This document shows, piece after piece, positions 1 to 9,633 of a DNA stretch of 64,000 nt. A program made the position numbers and the translations under genes. The stretch's first letter is position 1, and the number at the start of each line of letters is the position of its first letter. Below the pieces are notes generated by a model. That model was given only the letters and a program-made list of their open reading frames with translations, had not been told where the DNA came from and ran no database searches. Origin of the DNA: Alphaproteobacteria bacterium (GTDB taxonomy: Bacteria; Pseudomonadota; Alphaproteobacteria; CACIAM-22H2); the NCBI GenBank assembly GCA_041690495.1, contig JAWLHE010000004.1, positions 341,730 through 405,729 on the forward strand, written 5' to 3'.

Positions 1-1361
1 GCCTCCGCCCCCTCGGGCCGGCCCGGACGCCCGTACGGGTTCCAGGCGAACAGGTCGAAATGAATCCAGGGGATGTCCCTGCCGATGAAGTCCTGCATGA
101 ACAGGGCAGCTGTGATGGCCCCGGCAAACGGGCCGTCGGAGGCGTTGTTGAGGTCGGCGACGCGGCTGTCGAGCCGCTTGCGGTAGGGCCGCCACAGCGG
201 CAGGCGCCACATCGGATCGGCCGCGTCGACGGCATGCCGGGCCAGCGCCTCGGCCAGGGCATCGTCGTTGCAGAACAGGGCGGGCAGCTCCGGCCCGAGG
301 GCGACGCGGGCGGCCCCGGTCAAAGTCGCGAAGTCGATCAGCAGCTCCGGCTTCTCGGCCGATGCCTCGGTCAGCGCATCGGCGAGGACGAGGCGCCCCT
401 CGGCATCGGTATTGCCGATCTCGACCGTCAGCCCCTTGCGCGAGCGAATCACGTCGAGCGGGCGCAGCGCGTTGCCCGATACGGCGTTTTCAACCGCCGG
501 GACGAGCACGCGGAGACGGACCTTGAGCTTGGCCTCGACGATCATCTGCGCGAGGCCGAGTGCATGCGCCGCACCGCCCATGTCCTTCTTCATCAGGCGC
601 ATGCCCGCATCGTTCTTGATGTTCAGGCCGCCGGTGTCGAAGCAAACGCCTTTGCCGACGATCGTCACGCGCGGATGGGCGGGTCTACCCCAGGCGAGGT
701 CGATCAACCGCGGCGCCCGCGCGCTTGCCCGGCCGACCGCGTGGATCATCGGGAAGTTTCTCCGCCGTAGCGCCTCGCCCTCGATCACCCGCGCCGTCAT
801 GCCGAGGCGGCGCGCCATGGCCCGCGCCGCCTGCGCCAGTTCCGCCGGGCCCATGTCTTCGGCCGGCGTATTGACCAGATCGCGCACCAGGGCGTTGGCG
901 CGCGCGGCGCGCTCGACATGGCCGCGGTCGGCGTTGGCCGGCCATACCAGCTCCGCCGGGGTGCGGCCCGGCTTCTTCTTGTAGCGCGCGAAGGAATAGG
1001 CGCCGAGCGCCCAGCCCAGCGCGATGCGGGTCGCCCTGGCGGGGTCCGGCTCGTCCTGCAGGCGGTAGCTGCCGGCGGGAAGGCGCCCGGGCAGTCCCGC
1101 CGCCGTCCATAGATCCTCCGCGCCGCCATCGCCGGCGATGCCCGCCAGCACCGCGGCCGGTATGCCGGCGCGGCCGGGAACGAGGCACAGCTCCCCCGCC
1201 CCGGCCTTGAAGCCGCTGCCCTCGACCCACTTGCGCTGTGCCTCGCCGGCGCGCGCCAGCCACGCAGGCAGCGAGGCCCTGGTCAACAATGTCAGCGGTA
1301 GCGAATTGGCGGCGGGCTTGGTACGAAACGGCAGGGACAAGGCGGACTCCAAGTTTGGCAA
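1..1361 (-). CDS. pepA: M17 leucyl aminopeptidase family protein, partial (C-terminus runs off window start; start probably TTG near 1350-1361)
   Basis: Hand translation of the minus strand gives ...VTIVGKGVCFDTGGLNIKNDAGMRLMKKDMGGAA...EIGNTDAEGRLVLADAL. This includes the NTDAEGRL active-site signature of M17 peptidases. The frame is open to position 1, so it is absent from the complete-ORF track. An upstream in-frame stop at 1368-1370 bounds the start. Confidence 0.75.
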   Translation of the reverse strand, partial: MPNLESALSLPFRTKPAANSLPLTLLTRASLPAWLARAGEAQRKWVEGSGFKAGAGELCLVPGRAGIPAAVLAGIAGDGGAEDLWTAAGLPGRLPAGSYRLQDEPDPARATRIALGWALGAYSFARYKKKPGRTPAELVWPANADRGHVERAARANALVRDLVNTPAEDMGPAELAQAARAMARRLGMTARVIEGEALRRRNFPMIHAVGRASARAPRLIDLAWGRPAHPRVTIVGKGVCFDTGGLNIKNDAGMRLMKKDMGGAAHALGLAQMIVEAKLKVRLRVLVPAVENAVSGNALRPLDVIRSRKGLTVEIGNTDAEGRLVLADALTEASAEKPELLIDFATLTGAARVALGPELPALFCNDDALAEALARHAVDAADPMWRLPLWRPYRKRLDSRVADLNNASDGPFAGAITAALFMQDFIGRDIPWIHFDLFAWNPYGRPGRPEGAE

Positions 1362-1443
1362 GGCGGGTCACACTGCCGAAAATCGCGCGGTCGGACCAGA
1401 GCTTTGCGCTTCGCCCGATCGACACGGATCTGCAGGATCGCGC

Positions 1444-2104
1444 CATGGCTGAGTTCACACTGTATATCGGAAACAGGACCTACTCGTCGTGGTCGCTGCG
1501 CGGCTGGCTCGCCTGCCGATGTGCGGGCATCGACTTCGACGAGGTGGTGATCCCGCTACACCGGCCGGAGACCGCGGCCGAGATCCGCAAATGTTCGCCC
1601 TCGGGCAAGGTGCCGGCGCTGCGCCACGGCGAAGTGCTGGTGTGGGACACCCTGGCAATCGGCGAGTATCTCGCCGAAGTGGCGCCGCAGGCGGAATTGT
1701 GGCCCGAAGGTCGCGCGGCCCGCGCCCATGCGCGGTCGATCGCCGCCGAGATGCATGCCGGCTTTGCCGCCCTGCGCCAGAACATGTGGATGAACCTGCG
1801 TCGCAGTTTTCCCGGGAAGGGCCAGACTCCCGAGACGCTCGCCGAGATCGCGCGAATCTGTGCCATCTGGAGCGACACACGCGCGCGCTTCGGCGAAGGC
1901 GGGGCGTTCCTGTTCGGCAAGCACTTCAACATGGCCGACGTCATGTTCGCGCCGGTCGTGTCACGATTCGTGACCTGGTCGCCGCCGCTGCCGGCGGACG
2001 CCCGCACCTATGTCGCCGCGGTCTGGGATTACCCGTCCATGGTGGAGTGGCGGACGGCCGCCGATGCCGAGCCCTGGTCGATCGAGAAATACGACCGCGC
2101 CTGA
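1444..2104 (+). CDS. glutathione S-transferase family protein
   Basis: Internal ATG of ORF 1238..2104. MAEFTLYIGNRTYSSWSLRGWLA...GKVPALRHGEVLVWDTLAIGEYL is a typical GST N-terminal thioredoxin-like fold with a C-terminal helical domain. Confidence 0.8.
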
Positions 2105-2341
2105 GCCTCAGGCGCCGGAAGGGAGGAATCCGCCTTACGGTGGGCCTCGCATCGTGCTTGAATTCCGGCCGGACAATTGCGCCCGCCGGTCGCAGGCCCG
2201 GCAGGCCGCCGACCTGTAGCGCTCCTTACCGCCGGAACGGGCGCGCGTTTTCCCGCGGATTCGACCTGCGAAAGCCTCCCCCGGCCGAAGCACCGGGGCG
2301 GCGGGAAGGGAAAGCGCGAACTGCAGATTCGCCTGAAGCAG

Positions 2342-2389
2342 TGAAGCAGCCGAAGCTTTATCTCGGAATTCATGGACTTAGCTGCTTCA
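2342..2389. repeat. 9-bp inverted repeat TGAAGCAGC...GCTGCTTCA with about 30-nt spacer, embedded in six GAAGC copies (2330-2440)
   Basis: Read from the sequence between the GST and TAXI genes, whose 3' ends converge here. Confidence 0.4.
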
Positions 2390-2441
2390 CGCCAGAACGC
2401 CGCCGCGAAGCGGGCCGGTGAAGCGGCTGAAAGACCCCGCC

Positions 2442-3473
2442 CTAGCGGATCAGGCCGGCCTCGAAATAATAAAGGGCGGCGCCGGAATGGAGCTGCAGCG
2501 CTATACCGTCGAGGGCGTGCTCGCGGCGGATCAGGCGGCCATAGGGGTGCCCGGCATCGAGCGCGCGACGGTTGTTAGGGTGAAACAGCGCGCGGGTGAG
2601 GCCATAGACGATCTTCTCGTCGGTTTCCGCCCCGACCACCCAGAGCACATTGACGCTGAGCGACGGAATCTCGTCGATGCCTTGATAGGTCTGTGCCGCG
2701 ATGGCGGTTTCGGTGAAAAACGGAAAGGCCCCGCCCAGCTTGCGCGCGTTCTGCCCGTCGATCGGCAGCAGGGCGATCTCGCCGGTGCCAGCAAGGTCCT
2801 GCACGATCGTCGATGGCGTTCCGGACATCAGGAAGAACGCGTCCAGCTTGCCCGCGAGCAGCGCCTCCGCAGCCTCGGCCGGCGCAAGCGAGCGCACCTT
2901 CATATCGCGTTCGGAGACGCCCAGGGTCTGCAGCATCGCCCGCGCGGTCAGCAGGGTCGATGATTGCTCCTCGCCGAGCGACACCGTCTTGCCGCGGAGC
3001 CTGCGGAACTCGCCGATCTTGCGGTCGGCCCGCGTGACGATATGCATCGTCTCGGGATAGAGGCTGGCGATGGCGCGCAGGTTCTCCGCGCCGCCCTGGC
3101 GGCGGAACGGGCCGGTGCCATGGAAGGCCCAATAGGCGATGTCGGCCTGGCACAGCGCCGAATCGAGTTGCCGCTTGGCGATCAGCTCGATGCTCGCGAG
3201 CGGCCCCTCTGTGGTCTGCGTGACCGCGATCAGCCCGGGCACGCCGCAGCTTCCGCCGCGGTCGCACTCACGAGCGCCCGGCGGCGAGCTGACGACATTG
3301 CCGATCAGGGTGCCGACGGCGAAATAGCTGCTGTCGACGGGACCGGTGGCGATGCGGAAGAAGCTGGGTTCCTGGGCCAGGGCGGAACCAAGGCGCAGCG
3401 CGCCCGGCGTCGCAAGCGCCGCCGCGATGGCGCCGCCGCCCGTCATCAAGGCCCGTCTGGTAAGCGTCATCAC
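2442..3473 (-). CDS. TAXI-family TRAP transporter solute-binding protein (Tat signal RRALMTGGG)
   Basis: 343 aa ORF with a twin-arginine signal and an overall TAXI SBP-like sequence. It lies downstream of dctPQM on the same strand. Confidence 0.75.
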   Translation of the reverse strand: MMTLTRRALMTGGGAIAAALATPGALRLGSALAQEPSFFRIATGPVDSSYFAVGTLIGNVVSSPPGARECDRGGSCGVPGLIAVTQTTEGPLASIELIAKRQLDSALCQADIAYWAFHGTGPFRRQGGAENLRAIASLYPETMHIVTRADRKIGEFRRLRGKTVSLGEEQSSTLLTARAMLQTLGVSERDMKVRSLAPAEAAEALLAGKLDAFFLMSGTPSTIVQDLAGTGEIALLPIDGQNARKLGGAFPFFTETAIAAQTYQGIDEIPSLSVNVLWVVGAETDEKIVYGLTRALFHPNNRRALDAGHPYGRLIRREHALDGIALQLHSGAALYYFEAGLIR

Positions 3474-3585
3474 CGCCCGCCGCGGATTTCACCGGCGGCG
3501 TCTCAACCGGAACGTTTTGTTTCAGTTTCCATTATGTAGCCCGCGTGCGCCGGGAATTGAAGCGCGAAGTTCCGGCCGCACCGGT

Positions 3586-4893
3586 TCACGGCCTCGCCAT
3601 CATCTTCTGTGGCAAATAGGTCACGATTTCGGGGAAGACGGTGACGAGGGAGACCGCGACGACCATGAGCAGGAAGAACGGCAGCGCCGCGCGGGCGATG
3701 TAGGTGATCTGATGGCCGGTCATGCCCTGCAGCACGAACAGGTTGAAGCCGACGGGCGGCGTGATCTGCGCCATCTCGACCACCAGCACCACGAAGACGC
3801 CGAACCAGATCAGATCGATCCCCGCCTCCTGAACCGTCGGCAGCACCACCGCCATCGTCAGCACGACCATCGAGATGCCGTCGAGAAAGCAGCCGAGCAC
3901 GAGGTAGAAGACGGTCAGCGCCGCGATCAGCATCCACGGCGACAGATTGAGCGAGTCGATCCATTCGGCCAGACCGCGCGGCAGGCCGGTGAATCCCATC
4001 GCCAGTGTCAGGAACGCGGCACCGGCGAGGATCAGCGCAATCATGCAGGACAGCCGCGTCGCCCCCATCAGCCCGGCGATGAAGGTGTCGCGGTTGAGCG
4101 TGCCCTGGACCGCTGCGATCGCCAGCGCGCCGACCACGCCGACCGCCGCCGCCTCTGTCGCGGTCGCGAAGCCGGCATAGATCGAGCCGAGCACCAGCAC
4201 GATCAGGGACACCGCCGGGATCAGATGGCGCGAGGCGTAGATCTTCTCGACGACCGACATACGGGTATCGGCAACCGGCGTCCTGCCCGGGTGGAGCAGC
4301 GCCCAAATCCCCACATAGCCCATGAACAGGCCGGCCAGCAGCAACCCCGGCAGCACGCCGGCGATGAACAGCTGCGCGATCGAGACCTCCGCGGTGACGC
4401 CGTAGACGATCATGATGATGGAGGGCGGGATCAGCAGGCCGAGCGTGCCCGCGCCGGCGAGCGTGCCGACCGTCAGTATCTCCGGGTAGCCGCGCTTGCG
4501 CAGCTCCGGGATGGTCATCTTGCCGATCGTCGCGCAGGTCGCGGCCGAGGAACCGGAGATCGCCGCGAAGATCGTGCAGCCGATGATGTTGGTATGCAGC
4601 AGCCGGCCGGGCAGTCCGGTCATCCAGGGCGCGAGACCGCGGAACATGTCCTCGGACATCCTGGAGCGGAACAGGATTTCGCCCATCCAGATGAACAGCG
4701 GCAGCGCGGTGAGCGTCCAGCTCGAGCTCGCGCCCCAGATGGTCGTCACCATCGCGTCGCCGACCGGCCGCGTGGTGAACAGCGCCATCGCGATCCAGCC
4801 GACCCCGATCAGCGACAGGCCGATCCATACGCCCGTGCCGAGCAGGAAGAACAGCGCGACCAGGAAGACGAGAGTGAGCGCCAGCTGATCCAT
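3586..4893 (-). CDS. dctM: TRAP transporter large permease DctM
   Basis: Polytopic membrane ORF (internal start MDQLALTLVFL within ORF 3586..4947). It has a typical DctM 12-TM composition and sits directly after dctQ. Confidence 0.85.
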   Translation of the reverse strand: MDQLALTLVFLVALFFLLGTGVWIGLSLIGVGWIAMALFTTRPVGDAMVTTIWGASSSWTLTALPLFIWMGEILFRSRMSEDMFRGLAPWMTGLPGRLLHTNIIGCTIFAAISGSSAATCATIGKMTIPELRKRGYPEILTVGTLAGAGTLGLLIPPSIIMIVYGVTAEVSIAQLFIAGVLPGLLLAGLFMGYVGIWALLHPGRTPVADTRMSVVEKIYASRHLIPAVSLIVLVLGSIYAGFATATEAAAVGVVGALAIAAVQGTLNRDTFIAGLMGATRLSCMIALILAGAAFLTLAMGFTGLPRGLAEWIDSLNLSPWMLIAALTVFYLVLGCFLDGISMVVLTMAVVLPTVQEAGIDLIWFGVFVVLVVEMAQITPPVGFNLFVLQGMTGHQITYIARAALPFFLLMVVAVSLVTVFPEIVTYLPQKMMARP

Positions 4894-4900
4894 GGCGCCT

Positions 4901-5425
4901 CTATTCGATGCGCTGGTCGGTCGCGGACGCTTCCTCCACGATCGCACCGCCGCGCAGCACGCGGATCAGGTTCTCGACGAAGGCGACGAACAGGACGCTG
5001 ACGCCGATCGCCATCGACAGCTCGGGAATCCACAGCGGCGTCGCGTCGTTGGACTGCGAGACGTCGTTGAAGCTGTACGACCACCACACCATCTTGATGC
5101 TGTAATACGCGAACAGGCCGCTCAGCAGGCTCGCGACCGCAAGGCACCAGATCTCGAGCGCGCGGCGCCGCCGGCCGGCGAGACTCTGCAGGACGACCGT
5201 CACGCGAATGTGGTCGCCGTGGCCGAGCGCGTAGGCGAGCGCGAAGAACGACGCAGCCGCCATGCAGTAGCCGGCATAGGCGTCCGCACCACGCAGATAG
5301 AAACCCATCCAGCGGCCGAGAATGTTCGCCAGGATCAGGCCGAGCAGCGCAATCATCGCGACACCCGCGAGTGCGCCGCAAGCGTCGTAGAGCGGCTTCA
5401 GGGGGGATTTCACGCGTGGGTCCAA
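4901..5425 (-). CDS. dctQ: TRAP transporter small permease DctQ (TTG start)
   Basis: 174 aa, 4-TM small permease between dctP and dctM. The start codon reads TTG. Confidence 0.8.
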   Translation of the reverse strand: MDPRVKSPLKPLYDACGALAGVAMIALLGLILANILGRWMGFYLRGADAYAGYCMAAASFFALAYALGHGDHIRVTVVLQSLAGRRRRALEIWCLAVASLLSGLFAYYSIKMVWWSYSFNDVSQSNDATPLWIPELSMAIGVSVLFVAFVENLIRVLRGGAIVEEASATDQRIE

Positions 5426-5464
5426 AGAAGCGGGGCCGGCTCGACCAGAACCGGCCCCTCTTCG

Positions 5465-6439
5465 TCACATCTTCCTGTAGGCGTCGACGATCGCCTTGCC
5501 GTCGGCGCCGGCTTTCTTAAGCCACTCCTGCGTCAGCGTCTCGCCGATTTTCCTGAATCCGGTTGCAAGTTCAGCGCTCGGCGCCGAGACCTTCATGCCG
5601 TTCGTCTTGAGCGCCGCCTTGGCGGCCTCGGCCTCCTCGACGCTCATCTTGCGGCCGCGAATCTCGGCGGCTGCAGCGGCGTCGAGCAGCGCCTTCCTGG
5701 TCGCCGCATCGAGCTTGTTGACGGCGGCGGCGTTGGCGAAGATCACGTTGTTCGGAAGCCAGGCGTTCGTGTCGTAGAAATGCGTCAGTGACTCCCATAC
5801 CTTGCTGTCACGGCCGGTCGAGCCCGACGAAATGAATGAGTCGACCACGCCTGTCGCCAGCGCCTGCGCGAGCTCCGCCGCCTGGATGGTCACCGGTTGC
5901 GCGCCGACGAGCTCGGCGATCCGCGACGTGCCGACGTTATAGGCGCGGAACTTGAGGCCTTTCATATCCCCGATGGAATTGAGCTGCTTCTTGGCGTAGA
6001 TCCCCTGCGGCGGCCACGGCACGGCGTAGAGGAGCGTGAGGCCCTGGGCCGCGAGCTTCTTCTCGATCACGGGACGGGCCGCCTTCCACAGCTTTTCGGC
6101 ATCGGCGTAGCTCGTGGCGAGAAACGGCACGACGTCGACGCCGTAGACGGCGTCCTCGTTCTCCATGACCGACATCAGCAGCTCGCCGACGGGGGCCTGG
6201 CCGGTCTGCACCGCCCGCTTGATCTCCGGCACCTTGAACAGCGACGCGCCCGGATGGACCGTGATGTCGAGCTTGCCGCCGGTCGACTTGCGCACGTCGT
6301 TGGCGAACTCGATGAGATTCTTCGAGTGGAAATTCGTCGCCGGATAGCCTGCCGGCAGGTCCCATTTCGTTTGCGCCGTTGCGGCGCCAGCCCAGAGCGC
6401 GACGGTGCCCGCCAGCGCGAGCGACAAAATCCGAGTCAT
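5465..6439 (-). CDS. dctP: TRAP transporter solute-binding protein DctP (signal peptide)
   Basis: Internal ATG (MTRILSLALAGTVALWAGAATAQ) with a GGGGAAGG RBS. Sequence is DctP-family SBP-like. Confidence 0.85.
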   Translation of the reverse strand: MTRILSLALAGTVALWAGAATAQTKWDLPAGYPATNFHSKNLIEFANDVRKSTGGKLDITVHPGASLFKVPEIKRAVQTGQAPVGELLMSVMENEDAVYGVDVVPFLATSYADAEKLWKAARPVIEKKLAAQGLTLLYAVPWPPQGIYAKKQLNSIGDMKGLKFRAYNVGTSRIAELVGAQPVTIQAAELAQALATGVVDSFISSGSTGRDSKVWESLTHFYDTNAWLPNNVIFANAAAVNKLDAATRKALLDAAAAAEIRGRKMSVEEAEAAKAALKTNGMKVSAPSAELATGFRKIGETLTQEWLKKAGADGKAIVDAYRKM

Positions 6440-6572
6440 GGCCTTCCCCGTTCGGTTGAAGAGATTTCTTGAGCCGATGCGATCGTTCCGTTTGTGAGCG
6501 CGTATGCTGGCGAAGCGCCGGGAAAGCGTCAAGAAACTTCGATTTATCGCGCTTGATCGCAATGTCTTATGG

Positions 6573-7685
6573 TTACCGTCGCGCTTGCATCAGCACGTAG
6601 GCGGCGTGCCACAGCCGGACTCCATCCGCCAGCCCGCCGGGGCCGAGATCGGCGTGCGCCAGGCTGTCGAGGAGAGCGACCCGTGCCTGCGCACTGGGCA
6701 GCGCCCGGGCCAGCGATGTCGTCTCGGTATAGGGAATGATGACATCGTCGCGGCCGTGGATCAGGATGAAATCGGCGCGCAGAACGCCGAGGTCGCGGCC
6801 GGCGAGGTTGAGGCCGGCGAGATCGGCCTGTACGGCGCGCGGCAGGGCCGCGATCAGGCCCGGGACGCGGTCCGGATCGCGGTTGGCGAGCAGGTCGACG
6901 ACCGCCTGCCCTTCCGGCCCGAGCCTGGCCGTCAGGTCGGCGATATCGGCATCGAGATCGTCGAGCTTGCGCCGCGCCATCGCCGCCAGCGCCGCGCGAT
7001 CGCGCGCGTCGTCCAGCCGCTCGGCATTGGCGAGCACGAACACCCATTTGCCGTAAGCATTGGGCACGCCGCGCCGCCATGGCGCGGTTGCTTCCTCGCG
7101 AAAGAATCCGGTCGTGAAGAACGTGACGACCGAAGTCGTGTCGTAGTAACCGCCGATCGCGACGATGACGTCGATGCGCGGCGCGAGGTCCGGAGCAAGG
7201 GCGGCGAGCACCGCCGGCCCGACAGCATAGGACACGCCGGCGATGCCGACCGGTCCCTTCCCTTCGGGACGCGCCAGCAGGTCGCGGACGGCGTCGGCGA
7301 CCAGCTCGCCGTCGTCAGCGGACACGCGCTGCGCCTGGAAATTCGGCACGTCCGGCACCATCACGGCGAACTGCGCGCGTGACAGGGCGCGCGCGAAGTC
7401 GACGACGCGCGCATCGCGCCGCCCGGCGCGCCCGAGACCCGGCATCAGGACGAGGGCCGCCCGCGGCGCGCGCGGCCGATAGAGGTCCGCCGCCAGCACT
7501 TCGCCGCGATGGGTCCAGGTCACGACGTGGCGACCCGATGCTTCGGCCGGGCCCGCCGCACCCGCCTGCAGATCGCGCAGCAGTCCGAGCGCATCGACCG
7601 CATCTTCCATCGGCGCGCAGGCGCCCAGCGCAAGGGCAAGCGCAACAATGCGCAGCCCCAGCGACGGCGGACGCGCGCGTGCCAT
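6573..7685 (-). CDS. alpha/beta hydrolase, predicted lipoprotein/secreted
   Basis: 370 aa with an N-terminal signal/lipobox-like LALALGAC. The alpha/beta-hydrolase core (VLMPGLG...GVSYAVG) is present. It is the last gene of the operon and adjacent to the lactonase stop. Confidence 0.65.
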   Translation of the reverse strand: MARARPPSLGLRIVALALALGACAPMEDAVDALGLLRDLQAGAAGPAEASGRHVVTWTHRGEVLAADLYRPRAPRAALVLMPGLGRAGRRDARVVDFARALSRAQFAVMVPDVPNFQAQRVSADDGELVADAVRDLLARPEGKGPVGIAGVSYAVGPAVLAALAPDLAPRIDVIVAIGGYYDTTSVVTFFTTGFFREEATAPWRRGVPNAYGKWVFVLANAERLDDARDRAALAAMARRKLDDLDADIADLTARLGPEGQAVVDLLANRDPDRVPGLIAALPRAVQADLAGLNLAGRDLGVLRADFILIHGRDDVIIPYTETTSLARALPSAQARVALLDSLAHADLGPGGLADGVRLWHAAYVLMQARR

Positions 7686-8600
7686 CTACATGTGCGAATA
7701 CATCGGCCGGCCTGCGGCCGGCATGGCGCAACACAGGACCGTTCCCGTCGCCGATTCGGTGATGAACAGCGTCCTGTTCCCGGCACCGCCGAAGGCGACA
7801 TTGGTCGCGAAGCTGTCCTCGGGCAGCTCGATCAGATGCGTCGGCCGGCCGCGCGCATCGAAGCGCCAGACGCCGATGCCGAGATGGCACACGACGATGC
7901 CGCCTTCGACGTCGGCCGCCATCCCGTCGGGTCCCGACAGGCCGCCCGAGAGCTGGATCCAGGTGCCCGCTTTCGACACGCTGCCGTCGGCCATCAGCGG
8001 CAGCCGCCACACCGCCATGGCGCGCGTCACCGCGACATAGACCTGGCTCTCGGCCGGATTGAGCACAATGCCGTTCGGGCTCGGGACCGTCGCGATCAGG
8101 CAGTCGAGCCGGCCCGAGGCGTGCAGGCGGAAGACGCGCCCGGTCGGATCGTGCCAGCCGGTTTGCCCCTGGTCGGTGAAATAGAGATCGCCGTTCGTCG
8201 CGAAGACGAGATCGTTGACGCCCTTGAAGCCTTCCGAATGGCGCGTCTCGAGCAGCGCCGCGATCTTGCCGCTTGCGGGATCGAGCCGCATGAGCCCGCG
8301 CCTGTAGTCGGTAATGACGACGTGACCGTCCCTGTGGATCTTGAGCCCGTTGGGCCAGCCGTCATACTCGGTGACCAAGGTCCAGGTCCCGTCGGGGGTC
8401 ACGCGGAACACGCGGCCGAACGGAATGTCGGTGACGTACAGATTGCCGGAGCGGTCGAAGCCCGGACCTTCGAGGAAGCAGTCGATGGCCTCGCCGCCGC
8501 GGTTGGCATCGGCCCAGGCGGTCCGCACCCTGCGCCGGAACTTGTCCGGCATGCGGCTGAATACGCGCGCCTCGATGCGCGCCGGCGGCGCGAAGCACAT
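7686..8600 (-). CDS. SMP-30/gluconolactonase/LRE family protein
   Basis: Beta-propeller lactonase-like repeats (NGLKIHRDGHVVITD, GDLYFTDQG, NGIVLNPAESQVYVA). The start is chosen at MCFAPP, where the GNAT stop and this ATG share one base (TGATG). An alternative start is MPDKF at 8552. Confidence 0.75.
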   Translation of the reverse strand: MCFAPPARIEARVFSRMPDKFRRRVRTAWADANRGGEAIDCFLEGPGFDRSGNLYVTDIPFGRVFRVTPDGTWTLVTEYDGWPNGLKIHRDGHVVITDYRRGLMRLDPASGKIAALLETRHSEGFKGVNDLVFATNGDLYFTDQGQTGWHDPTGRVFRLHASGRLDCLIATVPSPNGIVLNPAESQVYVAVTRAMAVWRLPLMADGSVSKAGTWIQLSGGLSGPDGMAADVEGGIVVCHLGIGVWRFDARGRPTHLIELPEDSFATNVAFGGAGNRTLFITESATGTVLCCAMPAAGRPMYSHM

Positions 8601-9211
8601 CACTTCCGGTCTCCGTCGAGGTCCTTGACCCAGAAGGTCAGCGTCTTGGGCGATTCGGCCGGCTCGTCGAGCTCCTTCCATTCGAAAGTGGCAACGAGGT
8701 CGGGACGCTTCGCATAGCCGCGATGTATCCAGAACGCGTCGAGCGGCGCATAGCCTTTCGGGCGGCGCGGGTGATCGGCCGGCCGGTCGACGGCACAGAA
8801 CGTCGCATGGCGATATCCCAGGGTCCTGGCGCGATCCTCGCGATGTCTGAAGAAGGCGACGCCGATGCCCTGGCCGCGATAGGCGGGAAGCAGAACGGAT
8901 TCGCCCAGATAGTAATATTGCGCCGGGTCGAGGCCGCGCTCGCGGAACGGCTTGATGACCTCGTCGCCGGCCCGCGGCATCGGCAGCGCGGTCGACGCGC
9001 CGACCACTTCGACGCCGTCGCGCGCGACCACGACCGTGCTCTCCGGCAGGTCGGCAAACTTGCGCAGATAGCGGCGCTCGTAGTCGACATCACCGTCATA
9101 GAGATAGGGGAAGTCGCGGAACACGGCGATGCGCAGCCGGGCGAGATCGGCGATGACCGGCTCTACCGCCCGTCCGACCAGGACCTCGATCTGCGCCTTG
9201 GCGCCGCCCAT
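8600..9211 (-). CDS. GNAT family N-acetyltransferase
   Basis: The C-terminal 203 aa of ORF 8600..9871 (from MGGAKAQ) carry acetyl-CoA binding motif A-like RGQGIGVAFF. The upstream 220 codons of that ORF are Arg-rich antisense junk overlapping the SnoaL gene. Confidence 0.7.
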   Translation of the reverse strand: MGGAKAQIEVLVGRAVEPVIADLARLRIAVFRDFPYLYDGDVDYERRYLRKFADLPESTVVVARDGVEVVGASTALPMPRAGDEVIKPFRERGLDPAQYYYLGESVLLPAYRGQGIGVAFFRHREDRARTLGYRHATFCAVDRPADHPRRPKGYAPLDAFWIHRGYAKRPDLVATFEWKELDEPAESPKTLTFWVKDLDGDRK

Positions 9212-9225
9212 GCCCGCTCCGTGCC

Positions 9226-9633
9226 TCAGGTCTTCACCTGGCGCAGCCAGTCCTGGAAATTGTAGTTGTTCGACACGCGCGAGATCTTGCCGTCGCGGAT
9301 ATCGAAGAACGCGCCCACGGTGAGAACGTAGCCCTGCCCGCGCGCCGGCGGCAGGTCGCCATCGGTCACGAGATAATTGCCGTCGAGCTGGAACTCCGCT
9401 GCCGCGCGCGTGCCCGACTCGTCGACCATGACGACCAGGTCGCGCGCCCGCTCGTGATAGCAGCGGTTCATATGCTCGAGGAATCGCCTGAAGGCCGGCT
9501 TGCCGACCTCGCGCGGCCCCTGGCTGAGATCGTGGACGACATCGTCGGTCAACAGGGCGAGGAAGCCGTCGATGTCCTGAGCGTTGAAACGCTCGTAATA
9601 GCGGCGGATCAGGTTTTCCGTGTCGTTGCGCAT
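9226..9633 (-). CDS. SnoaL-like / NTF2-like (ketosteroid-isomerase-fold) protein
   Basis: Internal ATG (MRNDTENLIRRYYERFNAQDIDGFLALLTDDVV) with a GGAGAG RBS. This is a typical SnoaL_2 N-terminus. Confidence 0.7.
   Translation of the reverse strand: MRNDTENLIRRYYERFNAQDIDGFLALLTDDVVHDLSQGPREVGKPAFRRFLEHMNRCYHERARDLVVMVDESGTRAAAEFQLDGNYLVTDGDLPPARGQGYVLTVGAFFDIRDGKISRVSNNYNFQDWLRQVKT

Noticed and set aside
60-1458. ORFs 60..770+, 268..984+, 685..1458-, 797..1129- (Arg/Gly/Ala-rich translations)
   Set aside because: They overlap the clearly coding minus-strand M17 aminopeptidase frame (NTDAEGRL motif). Their composition is typical of GC-rich antisense or off-frame artefacts.
3346-5001. 551-aa plus-strand ORF rich in Arg/Asp/His/Gln
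   Set aside because: Antisense to dctM and dctQ. Low-complexity composition.
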